This document shows positions 1 to 9,341 of a stretch of 64,000 bases of DNA, piece by piece (the first letter of the stretch is position 1; the number at the start of each line of letters is the position of its first letter). The DNA is from Minisyncoccota bacterium (lineage in GTDB: Bacteria; Patescibacteriota; Minisyncoccia; Phycocordibacterales; UBA5272): contig JAXLZS010000001.1 in NCBI GenBank assembly GCA_046350775.1, positions 481,838 through 545,837 on the forward strand, given 5' to 3'. Under the pieces are notes generated by a model, which was not told the DNA's origin, did no database searches, and saw only the letters and a program-made list of their open reading frames with translations. Made by a program: the position numbers and the translations under genes.

Positions 1-535
1 CAGGATGTGTATTTTTTATAGCATTTCCTACCGCCTGTATTAAATGTGTCTTTCCTAGTCCTGTATTTCCATATATAAACAGAGGATTATAGACTATTCC
101 AGGACTCTTTATAATAGCCTGAGAGGCAGCATAAGCCAACTCATTGAATGTTCCTACCACAAAGTTATTAAAGGTGTATTTTTGATTAAGTCCATCGTCT
201 TTGTTTATATATAAATCTTGGAGCGGAAGAGAGCTGGTTGGCTCAATAATTTTATTTTTATTAGCCACAGCCTTTTTTTGAAGAGTTTCAAGTTTTACGG
301 TGTGGAATTCTACCCCTCTCACATCTTCATGGATCTCTCTCAGTATTCTGAGTACAAATTTATGATGTTTTTGGAAAAGCCACTCTTTTACGAACTCATT
401 TGGTACGCCAACTATGACTATATTGTCTTTATAGTTAATAATTTGTGTATTACGGAACCAGGTGTTGAAATTAACTCGAGATAGTTCAAGTTCTATTCTT
501 GATAGGGCCATGTCCCAGATTTGTTTGTAGTCCAT
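1..535 (-). CDS. dnaA: Chromosomal replication initiator DnaA, N-terminal part (gene continues beyond the window start)
   Basis: Reverse-complement translation starts with ATG at 533-535 (MDYKQIWDMALSRIELEL...). It runs to the window edge and contains the Walker A motif GNTGLGKTHLIQAVGN typical of DnaA. It is absent from the ORF track because it is truncated by the window. Confidence 0.85.
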   Translation of the reverse strand, partial: MDYKQIWDMALSRIELELSRVNFNTWFRNTQIINYKDNIVIVGVPNEFVKEWLFQKHHKFVLRILREIHEDVRGVEFHTVKLETLQKKAVANKNKIIEPTSSLPLQDLYINKDDGLNQKYTFNNFVVGTFNELAYAASQAIIKSPGIVYNPLFIYGNTGLGKTHLIQAVGNAIKNTHP

Positions 536-701
536 AATTAAGTAATTTTTTAAAAAAGAGAATCAAAACCTGTATTGCATCACATTATACAAAAGAATTA
601 AAAAATATACAACAAATTTTTAGTAAAATAATAAAAAAATAATAAACTTGTTTTTTTATTAAATTTGTTATATATTATGTAAAAATAAACACAACAAATA
701 T

Positions 702-908
702 ATGGCATCAGGAGGAGTAACTTATAAACCAAAAAACAAAAAAAGATACACAACTCACGGTTTTTTGACACGTATGCAGACAGCTGGAGGTAAGAATATT
801 ATTAAAAATAGAAGAATTAAAGGCAGAAAGAAATTGTCAGTTTCTGATGAAAAGAAGGTTCTTGTAAAGAGAATGCTCACACATAAGTCTTCTAAAGGTT
901 CTAAATAA
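702..908 (+). CDS. rpmH: 50S ribosomal protein L34 with a C-terminal basic extension
   Basis: [35 protein letters not shown] matches the L34 core motif (KRTxHGFRxRM...GRxVLxxRRxKGRKxL). It lies divergent from dnaA and upstream of rnpA, the classical synteny. Confidence 0.8.
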   Translation: MASGGVTYKPKNKKRYTTHGFLTRMQTAGGKNIIKNRRIKGRKKLSVSDEKKVLVKRMLTHKSSKGSK

Positions 909-943
909 TCCTTATTTTATCTGTGTTTTGCAGATATTAATTA

Positions 944-1336
944 ATGTTATCTAAAAAAAATAAATTAAATATAGAAGAAATTAAAAGCCTTTTTGATAAA
1001 AAAGAAGGTTTTTCTTTTAATTTAAAGACAACTAGAAATGATTTTTTTGACGCAAAGATATTTTCTAAAAACAAAAAGGAAAGCGCTGGTTCTTTTTCTG
1101 ACATATTTAGTAATAAATTTGCTGTAATTTTGTCTAGCAAGACCTTTAAAAAAGCTGTAGAAAGAAATAAGATAAAAAGACAAATTTATTCTATAATAGA
1201 AAGCTATTTAAAAGATTTGAAAAACACAAATAGTTTTTATTTTGTTTTAATTTATCCCAAAAAAGATATTTTAAATATTAAATTTCAAGATTTAAAGAAA
1301 GAGTTGTATAATACTTTTAATAATAACCTTTTATAA
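944..1336 (+). CDS. rnpA: RNase P protein component
   Basis: Small basic protein with a KKAVERNKIKRQIY motif resembling the RnpA RNR-type motif. Its position between rpmH and yidC supports the call. Confidence 0.7.
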   Translation: MLSKKNKLNIEEIKSLFDKKEGFSFNLKTTRNDFFDAKIFSKNKKESAGSFSDIFSNKFAVILSSKTFKKAVERNKIKRQIYSIIESYLKDLKNTNSFYFVLIYPKKDILNIKFQDLKKELYNTFNNNLL

Positions 1337-1348
1337 TAAATAATTTTT

Positions 1349-2098
1349 ATGTTCCATACCCTATTTTTAGAGCCAATTTATAATATTGTAGTAATGTTTT
1401 TAAACATAATACCAGGACAAGATATTGGTATTGCTATTATCTTAACTACACTTTTAGTGAAAATTGTACTTTTACCACTAAATCTCTCTTCACAGAGAAG
1501 TTCTTATCTTATGCGTGAAGCTCAAGTAGAAATAGACGAAATAAAAAAGAAACACTCTGGAGATAATAGAAAGATAGCAGAAGAGACGATGATTCTCTAT
1601 AAAGAGAAGAAAATAAAGCCTTTTACAAGTATTTTGACTTTGATTATTCAACTCCCTGTATTTTTTGCCCTATATTTTGTTTTTAAAGATGGAATAAAAT
1701 TTGAACCTTCATTAATATATTCTTTTGTGCATTTTCCACAAAACATAGAGCATTTAGCTTTTGGATTTTTGGACATCACAAAGCATTATTGGTGGATCGG
1801 TGTTTTGACTGGTATATCAATGTTTATCTTTTCTAAAAGACAAGCTGACACTCTTAAAAAGATGTCAGGTAATAAAAACAATGAAAATAAAAATGATTTT
1901 AAATCTATCTTTGCAAAAAATATGCAAATGCAAATGACTTATTTATTGCCAATCATATCTGGATTTTCAGCTGCAGTATTACCTGGAGTAATAGGTGTTT
2001 ATTGGACTATTAATAATATTCTAAATATTTTTCAAGATATTTATATTAAAAGAAAATTAAATATAGAAAAATTTATAAAGGAGCATAAGAATAATTAA
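1349..2098 (+). CDS. yidC: Membrane protein insertase YidC/Oxa1 family (short form)
   Basis: Multi-TM protein with the hydrophobic/charged pattern of YidC C-terminal cores (LPLNLSSQRSSYLMREAQ..., KKIKPFTSIL..LIQLPVFFALYFVF). It sits in the rpmH-rnpA-yidC position. Confidence 0.8.
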   Translation: MFHTLFLEPIYNIVVMFLNIIPGQDIGIAIILTTLLVKIVLLPLNLSSQRSSYLMREAQVEIDEIKKKHSGDNRKIAEETMILYKEKKIKPFTSILTLIIQLPVFFALYFVFKDGIKFEPSLIYSFVHFPQNIEHLAFGFLDITKHYWWIGVLTGISMFIFSKRQADTLKKMSGNKNNENKNDFKSIFAKNMQMQMTYLLPIISGFSAAVLPGVIGVYWTINNILNIFQDIYIKRKLNIEKFIKEHKNN

Positions 2099-2544
2099 TC
2101 AAAAGCACCCCCTGTTTTTGGCTGTATGTCTTGAGCAGGGATATTTTTTGTATTTACTGGATCGTTGCTACTATAATTATTTGAATCTAAGGTTTTTATT
2201 TTGATACCAGTATCTTGAATATTAAGTAAATTTTGAGACATTTTGACTATTCCGTAGGCTGAGACCATGACAAATATTGCTATCAAACCCCAAAGCATAA
2301 ATTTTCTACCCTTTTCTAGATCGGCCATATCACCTTTTCCTGTGACCCTTCCTAAAATAAACATAACCCCACCATAAAAAAACAAAATAAAAGCCGAAGC
2401 TATTAGAATATTGGCTACAGTAGAAAAAACATTATTTGTGACATTGTTCGCAAGATTTTTAAAATTTTGATTAGTATCAGCAGCTAATGAATTATTTATA
2501 TATAGCGTAGTTAATATTATTGAAAAATATATTTTAAATTTCAT
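2095..2544 (-). CDS. Small secreted protein with two hydrophobic helices separated by a short charged loop; candidate VirB2/TrbC-like T4SS pilin
   Basis: Signal-peptide-like N-terminus (…NNSLAADTN), then TM1 (ANILIASAFILFFYGGVMFILG), a short loop (RVTGKGDMADLEKGRK) and TM2 (FMLWGLIAIFVMVSAYGIV). This is the VirB2/TrbC pilin architecture. It is the last gene of the T4SS-like cluster. The call rests on topology only. Confidence 0.35.
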   Translation of the reverse strand: MKFKIYFSIILTTLYINNSLAADTNQNFKNLANNVTNNVFSTVANILIASAFILFFYGGVMFILGRVTGKGDMADLEKGRKFMLWGLIAIFVMVSAYGIVKMSQNLLNIQDTGIKIKTLDSNNYSSNDPVNTKNIPAQDIQPKTGGAFD

Positions 2545-2569
2545 TTTTTTATTATATCACTAAAAATAA

Positions 2570-3994
2570 TTAATCACCTTGATAAAGTATATTTTCTATA
2601 TTGAGTGACCAGAGAGATCCGTCATTTTTATTTATAAACAGTACATGTGAGTAACTGTCATTTATTTTTAAATCTTTAGCGTCAACATTTTCAAATACTC
2701 CTCCATCTGTATTTATATTAAATAAAAGCGCCCCATTTGGATAATCAGCACTGACCACATACAAGTTGTCGTCCCAAGTGGTAAAGCCTTGATACCAGGC
2801 ATCTGGTAAGCCAGAATCATAACCTTTTATCTCTTTTGGCACAGAGCAGATAATTAGATTTTCAGAAGTGTCATTTTCTCCACACTTGTTGCTCAAAGTT
2901 GTAAAACTTAGACCAGAGAGACTTGAATCTGAAAAATTTGACCCAGTAAAATTATTATTTAAATAAGTTTTTAAACCCTCTCCTGTGGTCATAGAAATAA
3001 TCGTGGATTTATCATTTATTAAGAAAGATATACCGCTATGAGGACTATAGACCTGCTCTAAATCGCCTAGTATATTATTTTTTGTATCTAGTTTGTATAG
3101 ACTGCTCAATTCGTAATTGGAATCTTTTTTGTATGCATATATATTACCAGAATTAGTGATATTTAATTTCCAGTCAGTTAATTCAGAGTTATATATTCTA
3201 GTACCATAAGTATCACTAATGTTATTTATTAAATACCAATCACTATAAATATCAGGTCTTCCATTTGTGGTCTTGTTTTTATTTACAATATAAATTAGAT
3301 TCTTATTATTTGAAGAAGTGTTTATAAAACTTATATTGTCAGGCATCGTGTTTATATTTTGTAAAGAAATTGGTACTCCTGCAAAATTTGGCACATTAGC
3401 CGAAATAGTTTTAATAGTATTATTTTTTAAATATTGCATTATCACCCTACTCTTTCCACCGTTTTTATTGTTCAAAAAGTAAGCTTTACGAATATTTGGA
3501 TAATATGTGTCTGTGATTTGTGTTGGTGTAGAAGTCGGAGCGGATAAATCTTTTTCATATATAAATCCTGTTGAACTATCTACAAACATCAAAATAGTCT
3601 CTGTAGATGTTTCTGTAACATCTTTATTGAGATCGTCATTATGGTATGTGTAAGGTATATTTTTATAATAAAACCCATATCCAGCGACTGGTTTATCCCA
3701 GATTTTTATTAGACCTTCATTATAAAAATAATTTTGCTGCTCAGTATTTTGATCAGGACTAGTATTTCCAGAATTTCCATTATTTTTATTTTTACTATTT
3801 ACTAAACCAAATAAACTAGAAAAAGTAAAACCAGAATTGGATTGTAAACTAGGATTTGAGTTGTTTACTATCTGTGTATTTCTAAAAAATAAAAAATATA
3901 TTAGACCAACAAAAAGAACTAAAGCTAAAACCGCAATAATTATTTCTTTTTTGTATTTTTTAAAAAATGATTGATTTGGTTGCATATTTAACAA
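2570..3994 (-). CDS. Membrane-anchored extracellular protein (N-terminal TM, N/S/T-rich ectodomain), unknown function
   Basis: Long intact ORF with an N-terminal TM (IIIAVLALVLFVGLIYFLFF). It overlaps the upstream hydrolase gene by 7 nt, so it is operonic. No recognisable catalytic motif. Confidence 0.5.
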   Translation of the reverse strand: MLNMQPNQSFFKKYKKEIIIAVLALVLFVGLIYFLFFRNTQIVNNSNPSLQSNSGFTFSSLFGLVNSKNKNNGNSGNTSPDQNTEQQNYFYNEGLIKIWDKPVAGYGFYYKNIPYTYHNDDLNKDVTETSTETILMFVDSSTGFIYEKDLSAPTSTPTQITDTYYPNIRKAYFLNNKNGGKSRVIMQYLKNNTIKTISANVPNFAGVPISLQNINTMPDNISFINTSSNNKNLIYIVNKNKTTNGRPDIYSDWYLINNISDTYGTRIYNSELTDWKLNITNSGNIYAYKKDSNYELSSLYKLDTKNNILGDLEQVYSPHSGISFLINDKSTIISMTTGEGLKTYLNNNFTGSNFSDSSLSGLSFTTLSNKCGENDTSENLIICSVPKEIKGYDSGLPDAWYQGFTTWDDNLYVVSADYPNGALLFNINTDGGVFENVDAKDLKINDSYSHVLFINKNDGSLWSLNIENILYQGD

Positions 3995-5991
3995 TTTTGT
4001 AAAGATATTTGTAACCCCTCAAAATGCCACGACTCAGAAGGTATTTGCCGCACTCCATATTTAGCAGCATTTTGCCTTAACCATATTTGTTGTTGAGAAT
4101 TAAAAGTCGCAGGATTAGAACATGTGGCACCAGGTTTGTATCCTGGTTTTCCGTTGTCTGCTCCGGCACTATTAAAATCTATGGCGGCACCTAGTTGGTG
4201 AGGTGATGTCCCCGGAGATGCACAACCACTTCCTCCGACACTCCCACAAGAATCAGCAATTCTTGTTGAAGCATTAGATGTTAAGTATGTTTTATATTGA
4301 TCATAATAAGCTTTACCTAAATTTTCAAATTTTTGTGCCACAAGCGAATTAACAAAAGCTCCCTTATTATCAGAGGCTGGCATTTTAGGTAATAAATCTC
4401 CTTTTATGTAGTGTAATCTACAAAGTTTTATTTTTGGTTTATTAATTCCATTAGCTCTATAATTACTATCTATTATTTTAGATTCAGAATTGTTTGGACA
4501 AGGAGTGTCTAGACTTTTATTTGCCAGATCTTGAATATTTTTTAACCTGTCCTGACTTATATTACTCAGAGATTCTTGATTATTATTTGTCTGTATGGTA
4601 CTTTTACACTGCCCAGCCATAAGACCTACAAGTCTCCCGCATCTGTCCCCGGTTTGACTACAATAAGGAGATATTTTTGTTTCTTCCAAGTCTGAATATT
4701 TTATTTGTCCTGCTGCTTTTACATAATTTCCTTCTTTCACAAATTTGAGCATGTTTTTAAAATCATCAAAAGTTCCTTCCCCAGCATAAGACATGTCTAT
4801 CAAAACATTTTTTACATTAAGAGGTAAAGATTCAAAATTTATACCATTTTTTTCTGAAACTCTTTTTGCAATAGCTGTAAAAGTACCAAGATCTTTTTCT
4901 AGTAATTTTTTTACTTGATCAGGTGTTATTGTATATCCTGGTACTTGTTTTCCTGCTTTACTTGGATCTTTTGTAAGACTTGCTAATTTACTAGCATTTG
5001 CTTCATCAACTCCAGCAGCTATTAATTCTTGCTTTACATTATTATTTCTTATTAAATTGTATCCTACACCAATAGTAGGTATGCCTTTTGTATCATAATA
5101 AGCCGTAGTCTTGCTTCCTTCATCTTGAAGAAGCATATTTTCAATATCTGTCTTTGTATAACCAGCAATACTACCACAATCTCCGTTATTACTTGAGCCA
5201 GTACTCCCTAAACCGGTCACACTTTGTATAAATGTCCAACCTGTAAGATCTGGATTAATAAATGAAAGAACTGCATAAGCAAGTATAAAAATCAAAAGCG
5301 CCTTTCCCGCTGTCTCCATTAATTTTTTACCTTTTTGTTGATCGTATATATTCTCAAAAGCTCCTTTGGTTATGGCCCCCTCAATTATCCTAAATGCCAC
5401 TAAAACAATGATGGCTACAGCCATCAAGGTTAAAATATAATTAAAAGCATCTCCTAGTCCGCCGGTGTTTGTATTAGTAAAAGTGGTAGAAGTCGCCTCT
5501 CCACTAAAAGAAGAAATGTTTTGATATGTCTGAACAGCTCCCCCTAATGATCCTCCGTTTGCTGTTTTGTCTCCACAGTCAAACACAAGATCTCCACTTT
5601 TAGTTTTTTCTCCAGCTTTTAACATTAAAGCCTCCCAAGTATATATTCCTACATTTTTTTCTTGAGTGATACCGTTAATATTTCTGAAGGAGTTTATGGC
5701 GTTTAAGGAAGTATTTGTCATTACAGCGGTGTCTATATTATATGAAGAATCTAGACATTTATGATTTTTTAAAGATGTTATAAATAATTTTTCTTTATCT
5801 GCTGCCAGACTAGCATTTACTGCCAGCTCTATTCTAGGATATTTTACTGTGTCTTCATAGGTTGGGTCTGTAGCTGGAGCGGCATGAGATATTTTTACTG
5901 AGTTAAAATTAGCAATAAAAATAAACAAAAAAAATAAAAGAGAAAACATTTTTTTGCCAAAAGAGTTTTTATTTTGAGTATTAAGAAACAT
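3988..5991 (-). CDS. Bifunctional peptidoglycan hydrolase: GH24 (T4-lysozyme-like) domain plus M15/VanY-like D,D-carboxypeptidase domain, membrane-anchored; candidate VirB1/PrgK-like T4SS-associated hydrolase
   Basis: N-terminal signal/TM, then two internal TMs (…LTLMAVAIIVLVAFRII…, …LLIFILAYAVLSFI…). QDEGSKTTAYYDTKGIPTIGVGYNL aligns with the T4 lysozyme motif [24 protein letters not shown]. C-terminal SPHQLGAAIDF and ESWHFEG match the M15 SxHxxGxAxD / ExxH motifs. Confidence 0.7.
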   Translation of the reverse strand: MFLNTQNKNSFGKKMFSLLFFLFIFIANFNSVKISHAAPATDPTYEDTVKYPRIELAVNASLAADKEKLFITSLKNHKCLDSSYNIDTAVMTNTSLNAINSFRNINGITQEKNVGIYTWEALMLKAGEKTKSGDLVFDCGDKTANGGSLGGAVQTYQNISSFSGEATSTTFTNTNTGGLGDAFNYILTLMAVAIIVLVAFRIIEGAITKGAFENIYDQQKGKKLMETAGKALLIFILAYAVLSFINPDLTGWTFIQSVTGLGSTGSSNNGDCGSIAGYTKTDIENMLLQDEGSKTTAYYDTKGIPTIGVGYNLIRNNNVKQELIAAGVDEANASKLASLTKDPSKAGKQVPGYTITPDQVKKLLEKDLGTFTAIAKRVSEKNGINFESLPLNVKNVLIDMSYAGEGTFDDFKNMLKFVKEGNYVKAAGQIKYSDLEETKISPYCSQTGDRCGRLVGLMAGQCKSTIQTNNNQESLSNISQDRLKNIQDLANKSLDTPCPNNSESKIIDSNYRANGINKPKIKLCRLHYIKGDLLPKMPASDNKGAFVNSLVAQKFENLGKAYYDQYKTYLTSNASTRIADSCGSVGGSGCASPGTSPHQLGAAIDFNSAGADNGKPGYKPGATCSNPATFNSQQQIWLRQNAAKYGVRQIPSESWHFEGLQISLQNC

Positions 5992-6041
5992 AGTCTTAAT
6001 TTGATTTAATATTTCTTAATTATATCACATCAAAATATTTT

Positions 6042-6848
6042 TTATCTTCCAGTATTTTCTTTGATTTGATTTATATTAAAATTAATTAAAGTCTCACCTT
6101 CTTGCATATTTTTGTTTGGATTTTCATTACTTAATTTTAATGTTATGCCAGATTTATATCCATTAGAGCTGGGAGCAGAATAATTAAAAATATTTGTAGA
6201 ATTATCAGTTCCAACGATACCATTTAATTCCCAGGCGTAAAAAAGACTTTTGTCGGTAGGATTTTTAACTGAAAAATAAAAAGGCTCGGCCAAAATGTTA
6301 AAATTTTCATTCGTAAACACCTGATATGTTTCATACTTTTTATTAATAGTATTTGCGTAAGTAATTATAGGATTATCATTTTCTCTATATAAAGCAATTA
6401 TAGGATTGTGAGGATATATTTGTATATTTTTTTCAGCTAAAAGATTTTCTTGTCTATTATTTAAATAAACACTTAATTTTAAATTGTTTACATTTTTAAG
6501 CTGATCAAGAGTAATATAAACAACTTTGCTGTTCGTGTTTGAATAATCATAAAGATAATTACCATTATATTCCCACGCATAAAATAGTTTTTCAGGATCT
6601 AGATCTCCTGCCAGTGTTGATATTTTAACTTCAGCGACAGCTTTTATATAAGCCTGTTCGCCAGGGATAGCTCTACCTTCATAAAATGGTGGAGTATAGC
6701 TGTCTATGGCTTGATAATTTATATTTATTTGAGTATTAGTAGTACCTGTTTGTGAATAAGAGTTGGAGGTTTTTAAAAAATAAAAGCCAGGAATTATTAA
6801 AAATAAAAACAGATAAACATATTTATTAATAAAAAACTTTCTTTTCAT
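6042..6848 (-). CDS. Secreted/anchored protein with two internally duplicated ~100-aa domains (LFYAWEYNG / LFYAWELNG); possible T4SS periplasmic component
   Basis: N-terminal hydrophobic signal (YVYLFLFLIIPGFYFL), an internal domain duplication and intact ORF between the VirB4 and hydrolase genes. Confidence 0.45.
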   Translation of the reverse strand: MKRKFFINKYVYLFLFLIIPGFYFLKTSNSYSQTGTTNTQININYQAIDSYTPPFYEGRAIPGEQAYIKAVAEVKISTLAGDLDPEKLFYAWEYNGNYLYDYSNTNSKVVYITLDQLKNVNNLKLSVYLNNRQENLLAEKNIQIYPHNPIIALYRENDNPIITYANTINKKYETYQVFTNENFNILAEPFYFSVKNPTDKSLFYAWELNGIVGTDNSTNIFNYSAPSSNGYKSGITLKLSNENPNKNMQEGETLINFNINQIKENTGR

Positions 6849-6884
6849 TGCTATATTATAGCAAATTATTTTAGATGATTTTAT

Positions 6885-8690
6885 TTAAGATTTTTCAGTT
6901 TCTTCTTTTTTTCTTCTTTCTAAAAGTTGAGCTGGATTTGTGCTTACTATCTGGTCTTCTACATAAGATGCTATCACCTTTATTGCAACATGCTTCTGGC
7001 CAGCAAAAAATATACCTTCTCCTATACCAGATTCTAATAGTAAATATTTTTCTTCATCAGTCAGGTTGAATGTTTTTTGTACAAGATCTATACTTGATGG
7101 AGATTGTTTTAAAAGTAGCTGCATACTCGAGTTGGTAATAATGGGAAGACCATAAGGGGATCTCAAAAAGTCTCCTACGTCTTGAGAAATAGTAGCTAGC
7201 CCTAAATAGTATTTTCTTCCCCTTTTTGCAAGACCAAACAAAAAGGAAGCGGTGTCTTCATTTTTCATCATTATCCAAGCCTCGTCTATTATTAAAAGTC
7301 TCTTTTTTAATTCTTTTCTTACTTCATTCCATATAAAGTGTGTAATTATATACATGGCTACTGGTTTTAGTTCATCTTCCATATCGCGTATAGAAAAACA
7401 AATTAATTTTTTATTAACATCAACGTTTGATGGTTTTCCTATAAATCCTGACCATACTCCGTCTATATATTTTGATAGTCTTTGCATTATATTGTCTGCG
7501 CCTTCTATTCCAGATAATACTTCAGCAAAATCCGAGAGAAGTGGAAATTCTACATCTTCCAAGGATTCTGTTTCTTCAGTAATATCTTTTATTGCGTAAG
7601 TTTCTGTCAAAGCCCTGTCCACTATAGCGTCCTCTTCTGGTGTTAGGCCTCCAAGCATCACTCTCATCAGTCCGACGAGACTTATAATGTTACTTCTTAG
7701 TACCTCACCGACAGATTCGTCTGGCCCAGGTTTTGGAAGATCAAAAGGATTTATGTGATGATTTGAATTTAAAGATATATCAAAATATCTTCCTCCTACA
7801 GACTCCGCCAAGTATTCATACTCTTTTTCCGGATCTATAATAATCACGTTTGTATCAAACATGAGGGTACGCAAAATCTCCAGTTTTGTATAATAAGATT
7901 TTCCAGAACCAGAAGTAGCAAAAACCATACTGTTGTAGTTTTCTAGAGAAAATCTATCAAAAAGTATAAGCGAGCCATTGTGTCTATTTAGCCCATAAAG
8001 AATACCATTGTCTTTTGACAGATCAAAAGATATAAATGGGAAAAATGAAGATAGTGGAGAAGTGTTTAATTCATTTGTTATCTTTAACATATCGGTAGCA
8101 AACGGAAATACAGTCTTTAATGCTTCAGATTGTTGAAATAGTGCCGGCTTAAAATATATAAGTTTACTCTCTAGAATATTTTTTATTTGAGTCTCGGTCT
8201 TCTTTATTTCATCCTCATTATCACCGTATATTGTGACGTATAGTCCTACGTCGAACATTTTTTCACTAGATTGTTGAAGAGAGTCACGAAGATCCTCCAG
8301 GTCTTGTAGAGCTGTCTCAAGTTTTGGGTCGCGCACCTCACCTTTTTCCTGTTTTGTATATATTTGGCTCTCCACCTCAGCCACTTTTTTTTGAAATTTT
8401 TTCATCATTTCAGCTGTTGCGAGTGGGGTTATATGTATAGAGACATTAAAAACCTTGTCTAAATTTATTATAGGAGCAAGCCAAGAGTCGTCTAAATATC
8501 TAGGATAAGAAGTCACAAAAAAACTTTTTGCAATTTTTCCAGAAAGATTTAAAGATTGAGATTCTATTTTTAGACCAGCTGGAGCAATAATATTTTTTAA
8601 TTCTGCATTAGCTTTGTCATAAACCTCTTCATTTGAAATAGTTTTTTCTTTTTCTGTATTATTTTTTGAAAATATATCTAAAAGTCCCAT
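6885..8690 (-). CDS. virB4: VirB4/TrbE/PrgJ-family T4SS ATPase, central plus C-terminal ATPase part
   Basis: Walker A FATSGSGKSY, IIIDPEKEY, Walker B LLIIDEAW and ATISQ motifs. An upstream conserved segment, IAPAGLKIESQSL..FFVTSYPRYLDDSWLAPI, is typical of VirB4 of Gram-positive-type systems. Confidence 0.85.
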   Translation of the reverse strand: MGLLDIFSKNNTEKEKTISNEEVYDKANAELKNIIAPAGLKIESQSLNLSGKIAKSFFVTSYPRYLDDSWLAPIINLDKVFNVSIHITPLATAEMMKKFQKKVAEVESQIYTKQEKGEVRDPKLETALQDLEDLRDSLQQSSEKMFDVGLYVTIYGDNEDEIKKTETQIKNILESKLIYFKPALFQQSEALKTVFPFATDMLKITNELNTSPLSSFFPFISFDLSKDNGILYGLNRHNGSLILFDRFSLENYNSMVFATSGSGKSYYTKLEILRTLMFDTNVIIIDPEKEYEYLAESVGGRYFDISLNSNHHINPFDLPKPGPDESVGEVLRSNIISLVGLMRVMLGGLTPEEDAIVDRALTETYAIKDITEETESLEDVEFPLLSDFAEVLSGIEGADNIMQRLSKYIDGVWSGFIGKPSNVDVNKKLICFSIRDMEDELKPVAMYIITHFIWNEVRKELKKRLLIIDEAWIMMKNEDTASFLFGLAKRGRKYYLGLATISQDVGDFLRSPYGLPIITNSSMQLLLKQSPSSIDLVQKTFNLTDEEKYLLLESGIGEGIFFAGQKHVAIKVIASYVEDQIVSTNPAQLLERRKKEETEKS

Positions 8691-8699
8691 AAAATTTTA

Positions 8700-9293
8700 T
8701 TAATTTTGATTTAAAATAGGTGTATCAAGCTCATTTGGATTAAATAGTTTGTAAAAAAGACTCACTATCTCCTCGGTTTTTAATAATTCAATTTTTAGTC
8801 CGAGAGAAGATAGGCCACTAGTCACTATAGAAACTCTCTGTAAAAGCTGATTTTCATTTTTTGTAAATTCTACATCACTCAATCTTTTACTAGAAGTAGT
8901 TAAGCTTGGTGCCTCATAAGGTACTACTATATAAAAACTTTTTGTCATTATATTTTGTTCTTCTGTGAATTTTTGTATAAAATCTATATATTCTTTGATT
9001 TGTATTTTTAAGAGATCCTCTTCTACCACTTTTTGTCTTTCTTTTAATAGGGTAATATAGTTTCTAATATCTAATTTTTTGGATTGTAAAAATATTTGAA
9101 TATTAAAATCTAAAGAATTTAAAAAAGTTTGAAATCCTGTTATTATACCCATTTGCTCGTCCTCGCTTTTTAAGGACAGATTGAGAGAGCTAGAAGAAAG
9201 TATGGCTCGCATACTTCCGTCGCTCAAAATTAAAATACCATTTCTTACTTCACTTATCGGGACAAAACTCTGTGTAGCATTTTTTATTATCAT
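8700..9293 (-). CDS. VirB4 N-terminal domain encoded as a separate ORF (split gene or pseudogene fragment)
   Basis: FVPISEVRNGILILSDGSMRAIL resembles the VirB4 N-terminus (…PI..IrDG.i.lkDGS.ravl). It ends with TAA about 10 nt before the ATG of the ATPase ORF. Together the two ORFs total ~800 aa, a full VirB4. Confidence 0.55.
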   Translation of the reverse strand: MIIKNATQSFVPISEVRNGILILSDGSMRAILSSSSLNLSLKSEDEQMGIITGFQTFLNSLDFNIQIFLQSKKLDIRNYITLLKERQKVVEEDLLKIQIKEYIDFIQKFTEEQNIMTKSFYIVVPYEAPSLTTSSKRLSDVEFTKNENQLLQRVSIVTSGLSSLGLKIELLKTEEIVSLFYKLFNPNELDTPILNQN

Positions 9294-9341
9294 ACTAAAT
9301 ATTATAGCATTTAATTTTTTAGTATTAGAATTTATAAAAAA

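Noticed and set aside
218-484. Track ORF on the plus strand (88 aa)
   Set aside because: It lies entirely inside dnaA, which is clearly coded on the opposite strand with a Walker A motif and start at 533-535. The plus-strand ORF is an antisense artefact.
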